Part shown: positions 1 to 12,030 of the stretch, piece by piece
Numbering within the stretch: position 1 is the first letter of the stretch
Layout: the number at the start of each line of letters is the position of its first letter
Assembly: GCF_036321535.1 (NCBI RefSeq)
Contig: NC_087437.1
Location: 52,826,001 to 52,890,000 of the forward strand
Direction: 5' to 3'
From: Camelus dromedarius
Lineage: Eukaryota
DNA: 64,000 nucleotides
The notes under the pieces: model-generated
What the model was told of the DNA's origin: nothing
The model's input: only the letters and a program-made list of their open reading frames with translations
The model's database searches: none
Made by a program: the position numbers and the translations under genes

Positions 1-984
1 ACATCACAGACGACTTGGGTAACAGTTCAACAAGTGACCAAATAAATGTATAAATGTATAAATGTGATGCCTCTCTTCAATCCCCTTTCTTCCTATGACA
101 CCACCTGATGTTTCCCAGGTCTTGAACCAGACCGTTGTAATCTGTGGGTCACATTGGCCTGGGTGAAGAGGCGATGTCTTAAACTTTTGCTGGTACCCAG
201 CCCCATTTGGAGTCTGCAAACCTGTAAAACCTAGCCTCAGATATCCCTGAGCCTCATCCTGCCCTAAAGGAATAGCTGACATTTACTAAGTACTCACTGA
301 GTGTTTGGCATCCATTTTACAGATGAGGAAACTGAGGCACAGATAGATTAACTTTCCCAAGATCACTAATCAGGCACAACCAGGACTTGAACATAGTCTG
401 GCTCCAGAATCATATATCTTTTTAACCACTGTCCCTTAGCTGCTTTTAAACTCAGCTCAAGAAACTTGACGTTCAGATAAAAACAAACCTCAAAGTCAGA
501 ACAAACTTGACTCTGAGTGCCTCAAAAAACTCAAACTACTTTACAAATAGAAATTACAATTATAATTTAAGCAGAGGAATGAGCAGGTATTTTGCCTACT
601 AAGAAACTCAGACAGGAAGTTAATTTTGCTTCAAAAGACAAAATATGATATTTAGTCGCTGGCTGCTAAGCCTGAAGTCACTTTTACACTGGATTGAAAT
701 TCAGAGACCTTGATTCTTGTCCTGGCCTGTTATGGGTGAGTCAATAGACTTAGTTTCTTCAGTTAAAAAATGAGATTTCTGTGGCAAGACCATGTCCACG
801 TTGGGTTCCAGACTCCTGACTCTGGGCTGCTGGGACTCTGTGAGAGGCTGCAGGAATGGCACAGGCTGTGGAGTGATGGATGAGGGTTTGAACCCCCTTC
901 TGCTGCTTTCTTGCTGAGTAACCTCAGGCAAGTACCTGATATTTCTATGTTCCCAGGTTGCTTTGAGGATCAAACCAGCCAATG

Positions 985-1990
985 TATTTGCTTGTTCATT
1001 CATTCATTCATTCATTCAATACATATTTGAGGGCCTATCATGTGCTAGTCACTTACTAGGGAATCAGTAATAAAGAGCTCAAAACAGACAAGGCTCTGCT
1101 CTCACGAAGCTCATAGTCTGGGGGAGAAACTGGATAATAAACACAACAGACAAGTAAAATTTATTGTATGTTAAAGGTGGTAAGCAAGTGCTCTAGAAAA
1201 AAATCAGGCAGAGTAAGGTATGCGTGGAGTGCCAGCAGTCAGGGGGTGGTGGGTGGAATTTAAATGAGGTGATGGGTGGGCCTCTTTGAGAAGGTGACAT
1301 CTGAGCAACCTCTGATGGAGGTAAATAATGGGCTTTGTGAATGTTCAGGAGAGCTTTCCAGGCAGAGAGAACAGCCAGTGTGGCTGAAACAGAGCAAGTT
1401 GGGGGTTTGAGGGGAGGGGAGGGTAGCAGGAGGCAAGGCCATAGCTAATAGAGGGTCTGATCCTGTAAGCTACTGGCTTTTCTTCTGAGAGACACAGGGA
1501 GCCATTGGAGGGTACTGGGCAGATATGACATGAATTGACTTCAGTTTTTTACAGAATCACCACAACTTCTGTGTTGAAAAGAGCCTATGGAAGGGCAAGA
1601 GTGGAAACAAGGAAACCGACTCTGCAATAATCCAAGTCAGAGATGACAGTGGCTTGGATCATGGTGGTAGTGGGGGAGATGGTGAGAAGTTGTCAGATTC
1701 TGGAAATACTAGGAGTAGGACTCCCCCCCCACCACCAAAAAAAGAATATGGGTGGGAGAGAAATGTCAAAGCTGATTCCAAGGTTTCTGACTTGAGAAAG
1801 TGGAATGATGAAGTTGCCATTAACCGAGATGGGGAAGTCCATAGTGGGAGCAGGTTGTGTAGAAATTCCTCTTGGAGAACGTTAAGTTTAAAATGTCTAT
1901 TAAATAGTTAAGTAAGGATGTTGGGTAAAAAGTTGGACATATGAGTCTGGAGTTAAGCAGAGATGTCTGGGTTAGAGATACAATTAATGG
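985..1990 (-). mobile_element. LINE-2 (L2) 3' fragment
   Basis: (TTCA)n tail at about 995-1018 followed by sequence resembling reverse-strand L2; highly diverged, boundaries approximate. Confidence 0.7.
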
Positions 1991-2236
1991 TACTTTGCAC
2001 ACAGGAGATGCTCAGTAAATGGTGGCTTAAAAAAATCAACACTCAGGTATTATGGTATTTTCTCAAACAAACTTTATAACTGTGCATAGATGGTGGCCAC
2101 TCACAAAAAGTATGGGAACTCCTGCTTAACTCATGGGAACTTTTTGTTTAAGTGGTTGACTAATTCAGGTTGGTGGGCCCTACCAAGGATGGGAAGTAAT
2201 TAGCAATTTCTATCCTTTTTTTTTTTTTTTAACTAG

Positions 2237-2426
2237 CACTGCCTGGGGGAGACATACCACTACATGGCATCCCTGTTGCTGACGCTGGAGCAGCCATTGC
2301 TAGCATCTTTAATTCTCCAGAGGAGTTCATAGGCAAAGCTGTGGGCCTCAGTGAGAAGCACTAACGATACAGCAACTTGCTGATGTTTTGTCCAAGAGTT
2401 TGAGGAAAGAAGTCCAACATGTGAAG
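2237..2426 (+). pseudogene. NMRAL2P: Penultimate exon of an NmrA-like family paralogue (NMRAL2/NMRAL2P orthologue), frameshifted
   Basis: Poly-T tract then AACTAG acceptor (AG 2235-2236); donor AAG|GTGAGT at 2426/2427. The frame from 2239 reads LPGGDIPLHGIPVADAGAAIASIFNSPEEFIGKAVGLS, then EKH-stop (TAA 2362-2364). The shifted frame continues EALTIQQLADVLSKSLRKEVQHVK. This aligns with NMRAL1 [63 protein letters not shown] (recalled). The position next to the ETV5 3' end matches human NMRAL2P synteny. Confidence 0.88.
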
Positions 2427-2640
2427 GTGAGTTCTTAAGAGACATAAACATGATCACAAGGGGCCACATCCCACTAACTTACAAATTCTGGTAGACTTTC
2501 GACGGATTTGGGCAGGGTTGAGCTTAGGCTGTCGGAAGAAACTGAAGAGGATTCCAGTTCCACAAATCGGTTTTCATCTGTTGGTGCATCTGAATCCCAC
2601 ATTTATGACTTTATTTCTTTGGCTTCAGGTTAATCAGCTT

Positions 2641-2752
2641 GTTTTTTTTTTTTCCTGTATTTTTTTTTTGGTGGAGGTACTGGGTACTGAACCCAGGACC
2701 CCGTACATGCTAAGTACTCACTCTACCACTGAGCTATTATCCCCCACCCCCC
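2641..2752 (-). mobile_element. tRNA-derived SINE (camelid Vic-1-like)
   Basis: Reverse strand reads TAGCTCAGTGGTAGAG...GTCCTGGGTTCA (A and B boxes); poly-T on +; TSD ATCAGCT at 2633-2639 and 2753-2759. Confidence 0.85.
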
Positions 2753-3879
2753 ATCAGCTCATTAAAGTAAAATTTATTTTGGGTGGAAAGAACTTAGACT
2801 CTGAAGTCCGACATACAACGTTTTCATATGCACTGTCCCAACTGTCGTCTGACAAGCACTCACTGTTGATCAGGCCAGTCTGCCGGAGTTCACCCCGCTG
2901 TGGGCAAGGCACTGAGCCTCTCTGAGTCTCAGCTTCCTCATTCGTAAAGTGGATAAGAGCATCTACCTCAGGACGTTGTGTGAAAATTAGAGAGGATATA
3001 TTTAAGGAGCTTAGCATAGTGTTTGGCAAGCATTATAGATCAAGCATATGTGCCAAGATGTAAGTATATATCAAGTACCTGCTCTGTACCTGCTCTCTCT
3101 GAGGAGTTTACAGTGGAGTTGGGTGAAAATGCTAACGCAAAGGAAGTGACGGTGATCAGTACAAAACAGGCTGCTATGGGGGCTTAATTGTGTTGTCTGT
3201 GCTCTCTTTGCTCTAGGTGATCAGAGAGGGTAGGAGAAGGCTTCATGGAAGAGGTAGCCTTGAGGTGGTCAAGACTGGGTGTGGATAGAGGGAGTGACAG
3301 AGCTGGCCTGGCTAAATTCTAGAATCAACAGGAATGAACCAGAGGTAGTTTGGAGAAGTAATCAAATCCTGGCCCTGCCTTTGTTTGTGGAATCTCAGCA
3401 AGTTACTTTACCTCTGTTAAGAAGGGTTATTACACCTGTCTCTTAGGATGATGCCTATTGCATCCTCGCAACAATCCTAAGGTGCCTGGCACGGGGTTTG
3501 GCATGTAGGAAGCCCTCAATAGCTGATGAGGCTGGAATGGCCTAGATTTGAGTATGGCTCGGACAGACTTTTTCTAGAGAAGGGAGGGGAATGGATGATA
3601 CTGACTACCCTCAGCCACTTCTCCAAGCAGGTGTTGATAACAGGAAGGAGAGAGAACGGGGTTTCTGAGAAGGAAGTGTGTGTTTGTGTGTGCCTGGCAG
3701 AGACACCGTCACAGCTGAAAGGAGGACCCCAGGCTGGCAGGTGTTAACTAATACAGCTCTTGGCCTCTCCTGGCTGCTGTTCGCCCATCTGTGAAAGGAG
3801 AGTGTGGTCTGGATGATTTCTAAGGTCCCACCCGGCACTAACATCTCTCCAGAGTACGGGTCCCTTCTTCCTTACAGAG

Positions 3880-4060
3880 TTCAAGCTTGCTTTTGTAAAT
3901 AAAGATGCACCAGAACACAGCCACACCTTTGTTTACGTATTGTCTTTGGCTGTTTTCACGATACAACAGTAGAGCTGAGTAGTTGCTATAGAGACCACGT
4001 GACCAGAAAGCCCAAGATATTTACATCTAGCCTGTTAAGAAAAAGTGTGTTGACCCCTGC
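3880..4060. mobile_element. MER58A-like hAT MITE
   Basis: TTTGTAAATAAAG...ACACAGCCAC...AGAGCTGAGTAGTTGC...AGAGACC...AAAAAGTGTGTTGACCCCTG resembles the recalled MER58A consensus. Confidence 0.7.
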
Positions 4061-4762
4061 CCTGGAATGTTTCCTGGAGTTAGGGATAGAGGGTTGGTTT
4101 TTGTTTGCCTCTGCAACTCTTGGGCTAGTGAGTCTTGAAGTGGTATAGATTCCCAATTCACCTCAAGTCCTGGAGCTGTGAGGAGGCTAAGAGATTTTTG
4201 GGGAAAACTGTTGCAGCTGTCAGTCCAGCCAGAAAACTACATCCGGGGATCTCACTGAAACGCACACAAATATCATGGAGGAAATGTTACTCCCAAACCC
4301 AGGAAGCCCCACACACTCAAAAGACGGACTTACGAGAAGATGTGCCAAGTCCCTTATACCTGGGTGCAAATTTACTTTTCAGTGACGGACCCCTCTCCCA
4401 GGGCATTTGTATTTGGGCTTTCTATTCATTTTTGTCTGCGGGGTTTGAACTCTGTAAAAAAGGAGGGCAGAAAGGTGGAGCGGTGTGGGCATATGCGGGT
4501 GCGTTCATTCTCAGAGGACTGTGTAGACCCAGGGCCATCCAAGCCATCTCTCAGTCACATACCTGGTTTCTCACTATTTTTGGTACATCAAGTTGTTTCA
4601 CAGTGCCACAGAAACTTCTCTGGCACCCAAAGTTTTAGAGCATCAGAGGCTGGAATTTCTACAGAACAGTTAATGCTGTTATTAGTAACTCAGAAGCCTC
4701 TGGCGGTTGGTCTGGAGTGGGAAAATGCTTAGGTTGCTCGCTACCCTGGGGAAGGATGCCTG

Positions 4763-4780
4763 TGGCCACAAGGTGGCGCT
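4763..4780 (+). promoter_or_regulatory. CTCF-binding motif
   Basis: TGGCCACAAGGTGGCGCT versus the canonical TGGCCACCAGGGGGCGCT (16/18 identical); lies in the NMRAL2 last intron. Confidence 0.6.
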
Positions 4781-5531
4781 CCAGCACCGTCAGGCTGACA
4801 TTTTCCCCAGGCTGGAGAGGAGGCTGTTTGCTTAATACCTTCAGTGAAGCGGCAGGTCCCAGAACAAACTCCCATCAGAAACTCTGATCTGCCTGAAACT
4901 GCCTGTCTACCCCTAAAAGAAACATGGTTCTTTCAGAAAGTGAGACACACAGAGTAAATCTCTTTCCTTTGAAAATCTACAGAAAAGAATCCCTTATTGT
5001 CCTGAGGGAGTGACTCAAGGACACAGACATTGTAAAGTCATCTTCTCTTCTAGTCTTCCATTTATTTCCAAAGTCACTAAAATGTAAACATCTTTTGCAG
5101 ATTTCAAAGGTAACGAATGCTAATTGCAGAAAATACAGAACATTATAGAAAAGAAAATAAAAATCCCATTGTTCGATCTGTCAGAGATAGGAACCATTAA
5201 GATTTGCACATTTTCTTCTAGTCTTTTTCCAGTATATTCATAATAAAATTAAAACAGCATGATATGTACCATTTTTTAACTTGACATTACAGTATGAGCA
5301 TCACTCTCTACCTTGAGTCCCTTCTGCCACTAACCAGACCAACAGATCCCCTGCCTGAGTGAAGGTAAGACCATTCCTAACTATTGGACCCAGTATCATC
5401 TGTCTTTTTTCCTCAAGGGGTTGGTTTTGTGGAAGGTGACAGAAGGTGGCTCAGTGGGTATGTGATGAGCAGCATTTGGTGGTCTGGCCCTGGCAGAGGC
5501 TGGGATGGCTGAAGTCAAGATGCTCATTTCT

Positions 5532-5640
5532 TTCTTTCTTTTTTTTTGACTTAAAAAACTCTTTATTGAGATATAATTTGCACTCCATAAAATCCACCTG
5601 TTTAAGGTGTACAGTTCAAAGGTATTTAGAATCTTTATGG
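5532..5640 (-). mobile_element. Ultra-short L1 3' end with 13-bp TSD
   Basis: CTTTATTGAGATATAATT...GTGTACAGTTC is an L1M 3'UTR terminus; GATGCTCATTTCT is repeated at 5519-5531 and 5641-5653. Confidence 0.75.
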
Positions 5641-5810
5641 GATGCTCATTTCTAATCAAGGCAGCGAGTGATGATGGAGGGGACCTCAGCCAGGAGGGAA
5701 GGGCAGGAACCCAGTGCCTTGACACTGCAGGGAGGACTGGATGGACAGAATATCTTGGAGGGCTGCTGAGGGAATCCCATGAGGAAGTGTATATGAAAGG
5801 TGAGGTGGCT

Positions 5811-6136
5811 ACAGATCCATGGTACCTTACAAATGCTTGGGGCCAGAAGAAGTTCGGCTTTCAGAATCTTTCTGTTTTTAGATAAGGTTGTATCTACATA
5901 CATTATGTAATATCACCATCAGGGGCCGGGCCTTATAATCAAACATATCAATATCTCTACAGAAAAATATCTATTTCCACTAAATGGGATAAAGACCATT
6001 AAAAAAATTCTCATAAATTCAGATCAGGTTTTGCCACCAAATTAGTTTAGAAAAGTCAGTTTGCTGCCAAATTGCTCACTTAAAAAACTTAAATGTGACT
6101 TGAGTTTTGGAGCTAGGCTAAAGAATTGTGGACTGT
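5811..6136. mobile_element. Tigger-derived MER46-like element
   Basis: AAATGCTTGGGGCCAGA...TTCAGAAT at the left end and AAAGAATTGTGGACTGTA at the right end resemble recalled MER46 termini. Confidence 0.55.
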
Positions 6137-6231
6137 ATTATCACAAAGGTGAAGAATTTCTTCTCAAACTATTCTAAATGAGGGCTATAATATTGCCTGT
6201 TTTTTTTTTTTTTTCAGCTTGTTCTTAAAAG

Positions 6232-6411
6232 ATCACCCCGGAAGCCTATGAGAAGCTGGGATTTCCTGCAGCGAAGGAAGTAGCCAACATGTGTCGTTTC
6301 TATCAAATGAAGCCAGACTGTGATGTGGAGCTCACCCACCGACTAAACCCCAAAGTCAAAAGCTTCAGCCAGTTTATCTCAGAGAACCAGGAAGCCTTCA
6401 AGGGCATTTAA
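6232..6411 (+). pseudogene. NMRAL2P: Last coding exon of the NMRAL2-type gene (frame open, 59 codons plus TAA)
   Basis: After AG 6230-6231 it translates to ITPEAYEKLGFPAAKEVANMCRFYQMKPDCDVELTHRLNPKVKSFSQFISENQEAFKGI-stop (TAA 6409-6411). This is homologous to the NMRAL1 C-terminus [56 protein letters not shown] (recalled). Phase 0 matches the donor at 2426. Confidence 0.9.
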
Positions 6412-6880
6412 GCTGTTCACACAGATGCCTGGTCACACAAAGTCCTTCCTCCCAGATCCTGGTCCTCTTTACAGCACAGGATCTACACTGACAGAATAGA
6501 CAGGTTCGAACACGATTGCTTCTACCACCAAAGGCTTCCCTGCACTTCTCTCTTCAGTAGGAAACACTGCAGAAGTGATCTGACCCCTGTATGACTTTCC
6601 AGCTACTGATAAGTGTGGTACACCTGGTTGGTTAAGTGAGACGCCCCAACCTCTCACCTTTTGCAACTGTCTCTCCCCAGCAGCCAAGTTGCCTTAAAAG
6701 GCTCTGGCCTGAGCAGCTTGGAGCTTCTTTCCTTACACGAAGGGGGCGGGGGACATACTCAACTTTCTCTGCATAAGTGATCCTGAGGCCTGTCTCTGGA
6801 GCTCCCTCAGGCAATTTCATTTTTTTTTAAAGTGCATTGTTACATTTTCAGCGAAGTTTTAAGTGATTTTAACTTCTTTA

Positions 6881-6886
6881 AATAAA
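6881..6886 (+). terminator. Probable poly(A) signal of the NMRAL2-type transcript
   Basis: AATAAA about 470 nt after the stop codon, preceded by T-rich sequence and followed by GT-rich TGTTTGTAGATGGGTTT. Confidence 0.6.
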
Positions 6887-9001
6887 AATGTTTGTAGATG
6901 GGTTTCTGGGGAACATGGTGTTCAATGAACAAGCACAAGTGTTGGAAACTGAAATTCAGTTTTGCTTCAAGGTTGGAAGCTCACTCTCTGATGCATTCAT
7001 TAAATCACTGACTGAGTCGTCATTCAGTTAATCATCTTTTCATTCATCTAACCCTCATTTATCTATGCCACAAACTTGCTTTTTAGCACCAGCACCAGTG
7101 GTGGGTCTGTGGACCTCTCCCTCCTATGTGTTTTCTTATCGGAGTGGTCCACTCTCCAAGGCCACGATGGCTCCTTTTCAGTTTGTGGGTGGGTTTGTGT
7201 CATGCCAGGGCAAGAGGGGCCATCTCGCAAGTGAAGCCCAGAGGCTCTGAAATGGGTGGAGGCCAGGAGCTTGGGGGCAACCCTGGGGAAAGGTAGGGAA
7301 GTGGAAGCAGAAGGCGATGGAAGGGCCCCCTTAATATCTTTGTGTGTCTCTGGCTTAGCATTTTCTACCCCATATTGGAATTGCCTTGTTTACTAGTCTT
7401 CCTCTTGGCTGTGAAAGACTCACACCCTCTTTATCCCAGGGCCTGGCACATGATAGGTGATCAGTAAATGCTGATTGACTAAATGAGTAACGAAAGTTAA
7501 TTGGTCATACCATTACAAGAAAAGGGAAATAAACAGGTGCTTGGGCTGGAGAGTGGTAAGAACCAGCAACTGGTACTTAAAGGGTGAGAGAATATCACTT
7601 CTAGGAGAGGAGGTGAGCCCCTGCCACTCTGGGGCAGGCAGCGGACCAGGCTGGGAGTGGCTGAGCAAGGACAGGGGGCTGGCACCTGTGAGGGAGGACA
7701 CGGTGGTCTCAGATCTGGCTCAGAAGAGGAAGCTTAGCAATGACAAACATTAGCCTTTTTGTCACTTGAAGCGTCAAGTAGTAAATATTTGTTGAATAAA
7801 TGATGCTGAAGTTGTTGCAGACAAGTTTTGATTCTTGGGGCAAATCACAGTCAATTTGAGGACCACTCTCCTTTTCAAAGGGCATGTTCCTTATTCCCCA
7901 GAGTGATAAATCTGCAGTTCAAGCTCTCAACCCTGAGACGGTCTGGATACACTTCTAAAAAGGGAAAAGGAAAACAAAATCCTAAACTAAAAATAGGTGG
8001 TTTATTACTTACCTGGGTGGGCCAGGCAGAAAGGCAGGATGCTGCTTCCTAAGTAAAGCTCAGCCTCCCCGACATGGGAGCGTCCGTGGGCCGTTGCATC
8101 CCCTGGCCCCCGTGTACGTTCACTGGGGTGGCAGGTCGGTTCTTTCAGGCTTCGGGACAAGGCTTGGGTAGCCCTGGGCCAGCCCCACTGTCCACTCTCC
8201 TGGAAAGCACAAGAAACCCTTTCTGGGTTTAGAAGCAGACTTTACAGTGGCCGATCTGAAACGAGACTATGCCTTATAGGGGCCCAGTTTGTGTCTCCAT
8301 CTCACACACCCAATAAGGGGAAAGAACTGTGAAAATTAATATAAAACATCTTAATATTTGTTGATGGTAGACAAGGGCTCCACCACCACCTTCTCTTTTC
8401 TCCACCCCACCCCCACCCCTCATAGTCTCCAGGCCCAGGGAGAGAAGAGCTCCCCTGTGGCGTTGCGCAGGGTAGACTTGGGGACCCAAGTGGCACAGAA
8501 GGTGGAAATGGGGCTGTGCAACCTGGTGATGAAATCACCTTCTGTTGTCCAGGGAATGGGTTGGGTGAGGGTGAGGGGTGGTGGTGAGGGAACACAAGGG
8601 ATGCAGAATTGGTGATTCTAGAAACATTCCTAGAAACCCAAGCTATGAAGTCAGATAACGCTGGATTTGATCTAGCCTCTGTCACTGACTAGTTGTGTGA
8701 ACTTGAGCGAGTCCCTTGACTTCAGCTTCCCCATCCTCACGAGGGCCTGCTGGGAGGGCTACAAGACTGGAAGTGTAAAAAGCACTTTGGACAGTCTTGG
8801 GCAGATAGTAAGAGCTCAGTACACAGTAGCTGTAATTATCGAGAATAATTCCTTCCCTTGCCTCCTTCATACGCACCTTGTGTTCTGAGGTGCCTGACGG
8901 GTCTCCCCTGACCTGCCACCCACTCCTGGCCTTCTGGGCTGTAGGTTCACAGTGCCCTCTCCCTCTGCCAGGCGTCTGGCCCCTGCCATCTCCCTTACCT
9001 A

Positions 9002-9015
9002 CCACTAGATGGCAG
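9002..9015 (+). promoter_or_regulatory. CTCF-binding motif
   Basis: CCACTAGATGGCAG matches the core CCASYAGRKGGCRS exactly. Confidence 0.55.
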
Positions 9016-11586
9016 GACGAGCCTAGCATCTAGCACTAGAAAGGGTGGCTCCAACCTCATCCAGGGGCTTCCTCCAGGGGCTGGCTTCCTCGGGGACCAG
9101 GCTTCAGGAGACAGGTATAGGGTGCATATTACAGCCCTTCAGTCTGTCTCTTTCAGGCTCTCTCAGCCACCTACCATGGTCGGTCAGGTCAACAAACATG
9201 TGCCGGGCACCTTCCCTGCCCCTGGCGCTGTGGGATTAAGTCCCTTCTCTGTGCCTGATTTGGGATTAACGAAAGGAAAGGAAGAGCCAGGGTATTATTA
9301 TTCAAGGGCTCCAGGACTGACCCGACCTACCACAGAAGGAGGCCCTCAGGCTGAGGGTGAGCCTTCTATGGAAAGGGGGCCCCAGGCTTCTGCCCAGGAG
9401 CACAGAGCTCAGCGCTCCAGCTTGGCAGCAAGGTGTGTGTGTGTGTGGTGGAGCCTGGGTACGAGGCGCTGGCCTCTCCCCAGCATCCTCTCTCCCACCC
9501 ATGGGACTCGCCCGACTCTGATGTCCCACCAAAGTGCACAAGGGGCAGAGACAATTCCCCCAAAGGAATTCAGGGCACTGTTAGGAGAAGGAGGTGCCTG
9601 CTGGGCAGCCCCCAAACACTGTGCACTCTCCAAAGTAGCTGTTGCCTGGCAGTGGAGTCAACTGGTGGACATGAACAGGAAGGCAAGAACATAAATTTGA
9701 AAACACCCCAGAGTATAAGTTGTTAGAGCATTTCTGAAGGGCTACTCAGCCAACTGTTGCAAGAGGAATAAAAATGTGCACACCCTTTGACTTGGCAATA
9801 CTTCTAGGGAGCTATTTTAAGTAAATTAGCACAGATAAAAACAAAATTTCCAGGATTTTATATGGATGTGTTACTCATGAGAGTAAAAAAAAAAATGGAT
9901 ATAAGCTAAATGTTCAACATTAAAAGAATGGGTAACTAAATTTTTGAATAGTTTTAAAGTTCCCTTAAATTTTAAATTCTTTAAAACTAGCATTTGTAAA
10001 TAATTCTACTGAAAAAGCTTATTATGTTTTAAGTGAAAAATGTTGGATGTGAAATAACATTATATCGAGCTTAATTCCAATTGTGTGAATACAAGGACAC
10101 AGTAAAATATTGAGAGGAAAACCACCAAGATGTTGAAAGTGGTTTTCATTGAATAGTGAGTGAGATTTTGATTGATTTCCCCTTTCTCCTTTTAAGTTCC
10201 CTCTTTCCTCCAGTTTTCCATAATAAAAATATGTTAATTATAATATTGAAATTTTATGTAAAGAAGATACTTCTAGAATTTAACAAATATCACAGATGGT
10301 CTTAATTTGTCCTTATGTTATGGCAACTACAATGCTTGTTATTTATGTGTGTTTACTAGGAAGCAGCCACTATAATAGGAAGCGTACACACATACTTTCA
10401 CTACGTCTTTGTACCAACATTCTAAACAGGACTATCTCCTCATTTTACAGATAAAGAAATATACTTCAGAGATTTTAGGTAATTTGCCCAGTCACAAAAT
10501 CACTAGGTGGCAGAGCCAGGATTTAAATTCAAGTCTGTAAGTCTGCAACATCTGTGAGCTTTCTACCACATCAGAGCTTTGCTCAATGCAATTCTCAACT
10601 AATGAAAGGATTGGGTCATCAAATTCACTCAGAACTCAGTTGTCTGGAATTTGGGACCTATTTTTCCCTTAGAAACGCTAACCAGCAACACTGTATAAAG
10701 ATCAACCCTCGTAAACTGGTGAAAGCACATCTAGTCATATGCTGTGAAACCACAACTTTCAATGAGGTGTTTCTTGCTGCCCCTTTCTCCCAGATGCACG
10801 CACAAGAGAACAGCGAAACTAATGTTGGGGTGAAGACGAGCCAGCACTTGGGGAAGTCACGCAGAGGGTATCCCCAAAGCCTGTATGTGTACAGAAAGAG
10901 AAAGCAGACTCGAGGTGTGACCCAGGGTACACGCAGAGGTCTGGCTGACTGTGACTGTGTGAAGGCATCCAGGACAGGGGTGGTGGGCTTGAGTGTGAAA
11001 GCCCAGCATGGAAACCTAGGGAGCCGCCAGGAGGTCGCAGGCATATCAAATCCAAATGTTTCCAAGAGCCAGGCAGGTAAGTGAACAAAGCAGCCAGATG
11101 GAACACTATAGGGGACAGTGGGAATCATGGCAATGAGACGCCATGCCATGACCCAACTATAGGCATTAAGAATAAAATTTAACAGAAACACAGTACCACC
11201 AAATATTACTTGCCGCTGCTCTCCTGAAAATGATGGTTTTCTGACCTTAGGGTTTAACAGTTGAATTTTCTGATTTTGTGGAAGGGTAGGTACCTGGGGA
11301 GGCTGTAAGGACTGTGGGTAGGGGCTTGATCACAAGAGGAAGGAGCAGGGTCCCCTGCTTTGGCCATGGGGAAAATGTTGGGCGGGGGGTTGTCGGGGTT
11401 GGGGACCTGTTGGCAGCAGCTGCTCCAATTTGTATGTCATTACAAATGAGGCATTCCCTCATTGCCTCTAGCAAAAGTATGGCCATGGGGTGAAAGAAAG
11501 AAGAAAGGAATCAACATTTGTTGAAAGCTACACTGTTTTCATCATTATCATTTCATTTAAGCCTTATGATCTCCCTGAAAAGTTGG

Positions 11587-12030
11587 TGTACGTGGCAAAG
11601 ACCAGCTAGATGTTTACCAAACCTGTTTCCTCACCTTCCTGAGCACACAGCTGGACCTCATTTCTAAGTGTTCCTTGCAATTCATTGCAGCCGTGTAACT
11701 AGCATAACTAGTGTGCAAGTGGAAGTGATGTGGGATATTTTGAGGCTCAGCATAAAACACTTCTATTTGCCACAGGCCTCCATTATCTTCCTCCTACCTT
11801 TGTATTGACATCTACAAGCCTGGTGACCTTGAAAGCCACATTTAGAAATGGTGAAGTCAGACAATGAAAGGACCCAGGCACCAAACTCCCCTCTTGAAAG
11901 GGCAACCCACAGATTAGGAACACCTGTGCTGGCTTGTATGTGTGTTGGAAATAAACTTCCATGATGTTAGAGCCAATTAGCTTAGTGTGTGTGTTTATCA
12001 CAGCAGCTAGCATTGCTTCAATCAACATGG
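11587..12030 (+). mobile_element. MLT1-type MaLR solo LTR (old)
   Basis: GGAAGTGATGTG...GAAGCCACATTTAGAAATGG...AAATAAACTTCC...TTTATCACAGCAGCTAGC pattern. Confidence 0.55.

Noticed and set aside
4135..4732. 167-aa and 130-aa ORFs in the NMRAL2 intron (likewise ORFs at 9122-9694 and 18253-18831)
   Set aside because: No family resemblance or supported exon structure; lengths are compatible with chance, and the 18253 ORF overlaps L2-like sequence.
10554..11191. Overlapping 176-aa and 177-aa ORFs on opposite strands with a CAG|GTAAGT donor near 11076
   Set aside because: Non-ATG starts and no recognisable homology. The donor lies in a segment resembling the repeat-like sequence at about 25425-25560, so it is probably transposon-derived.
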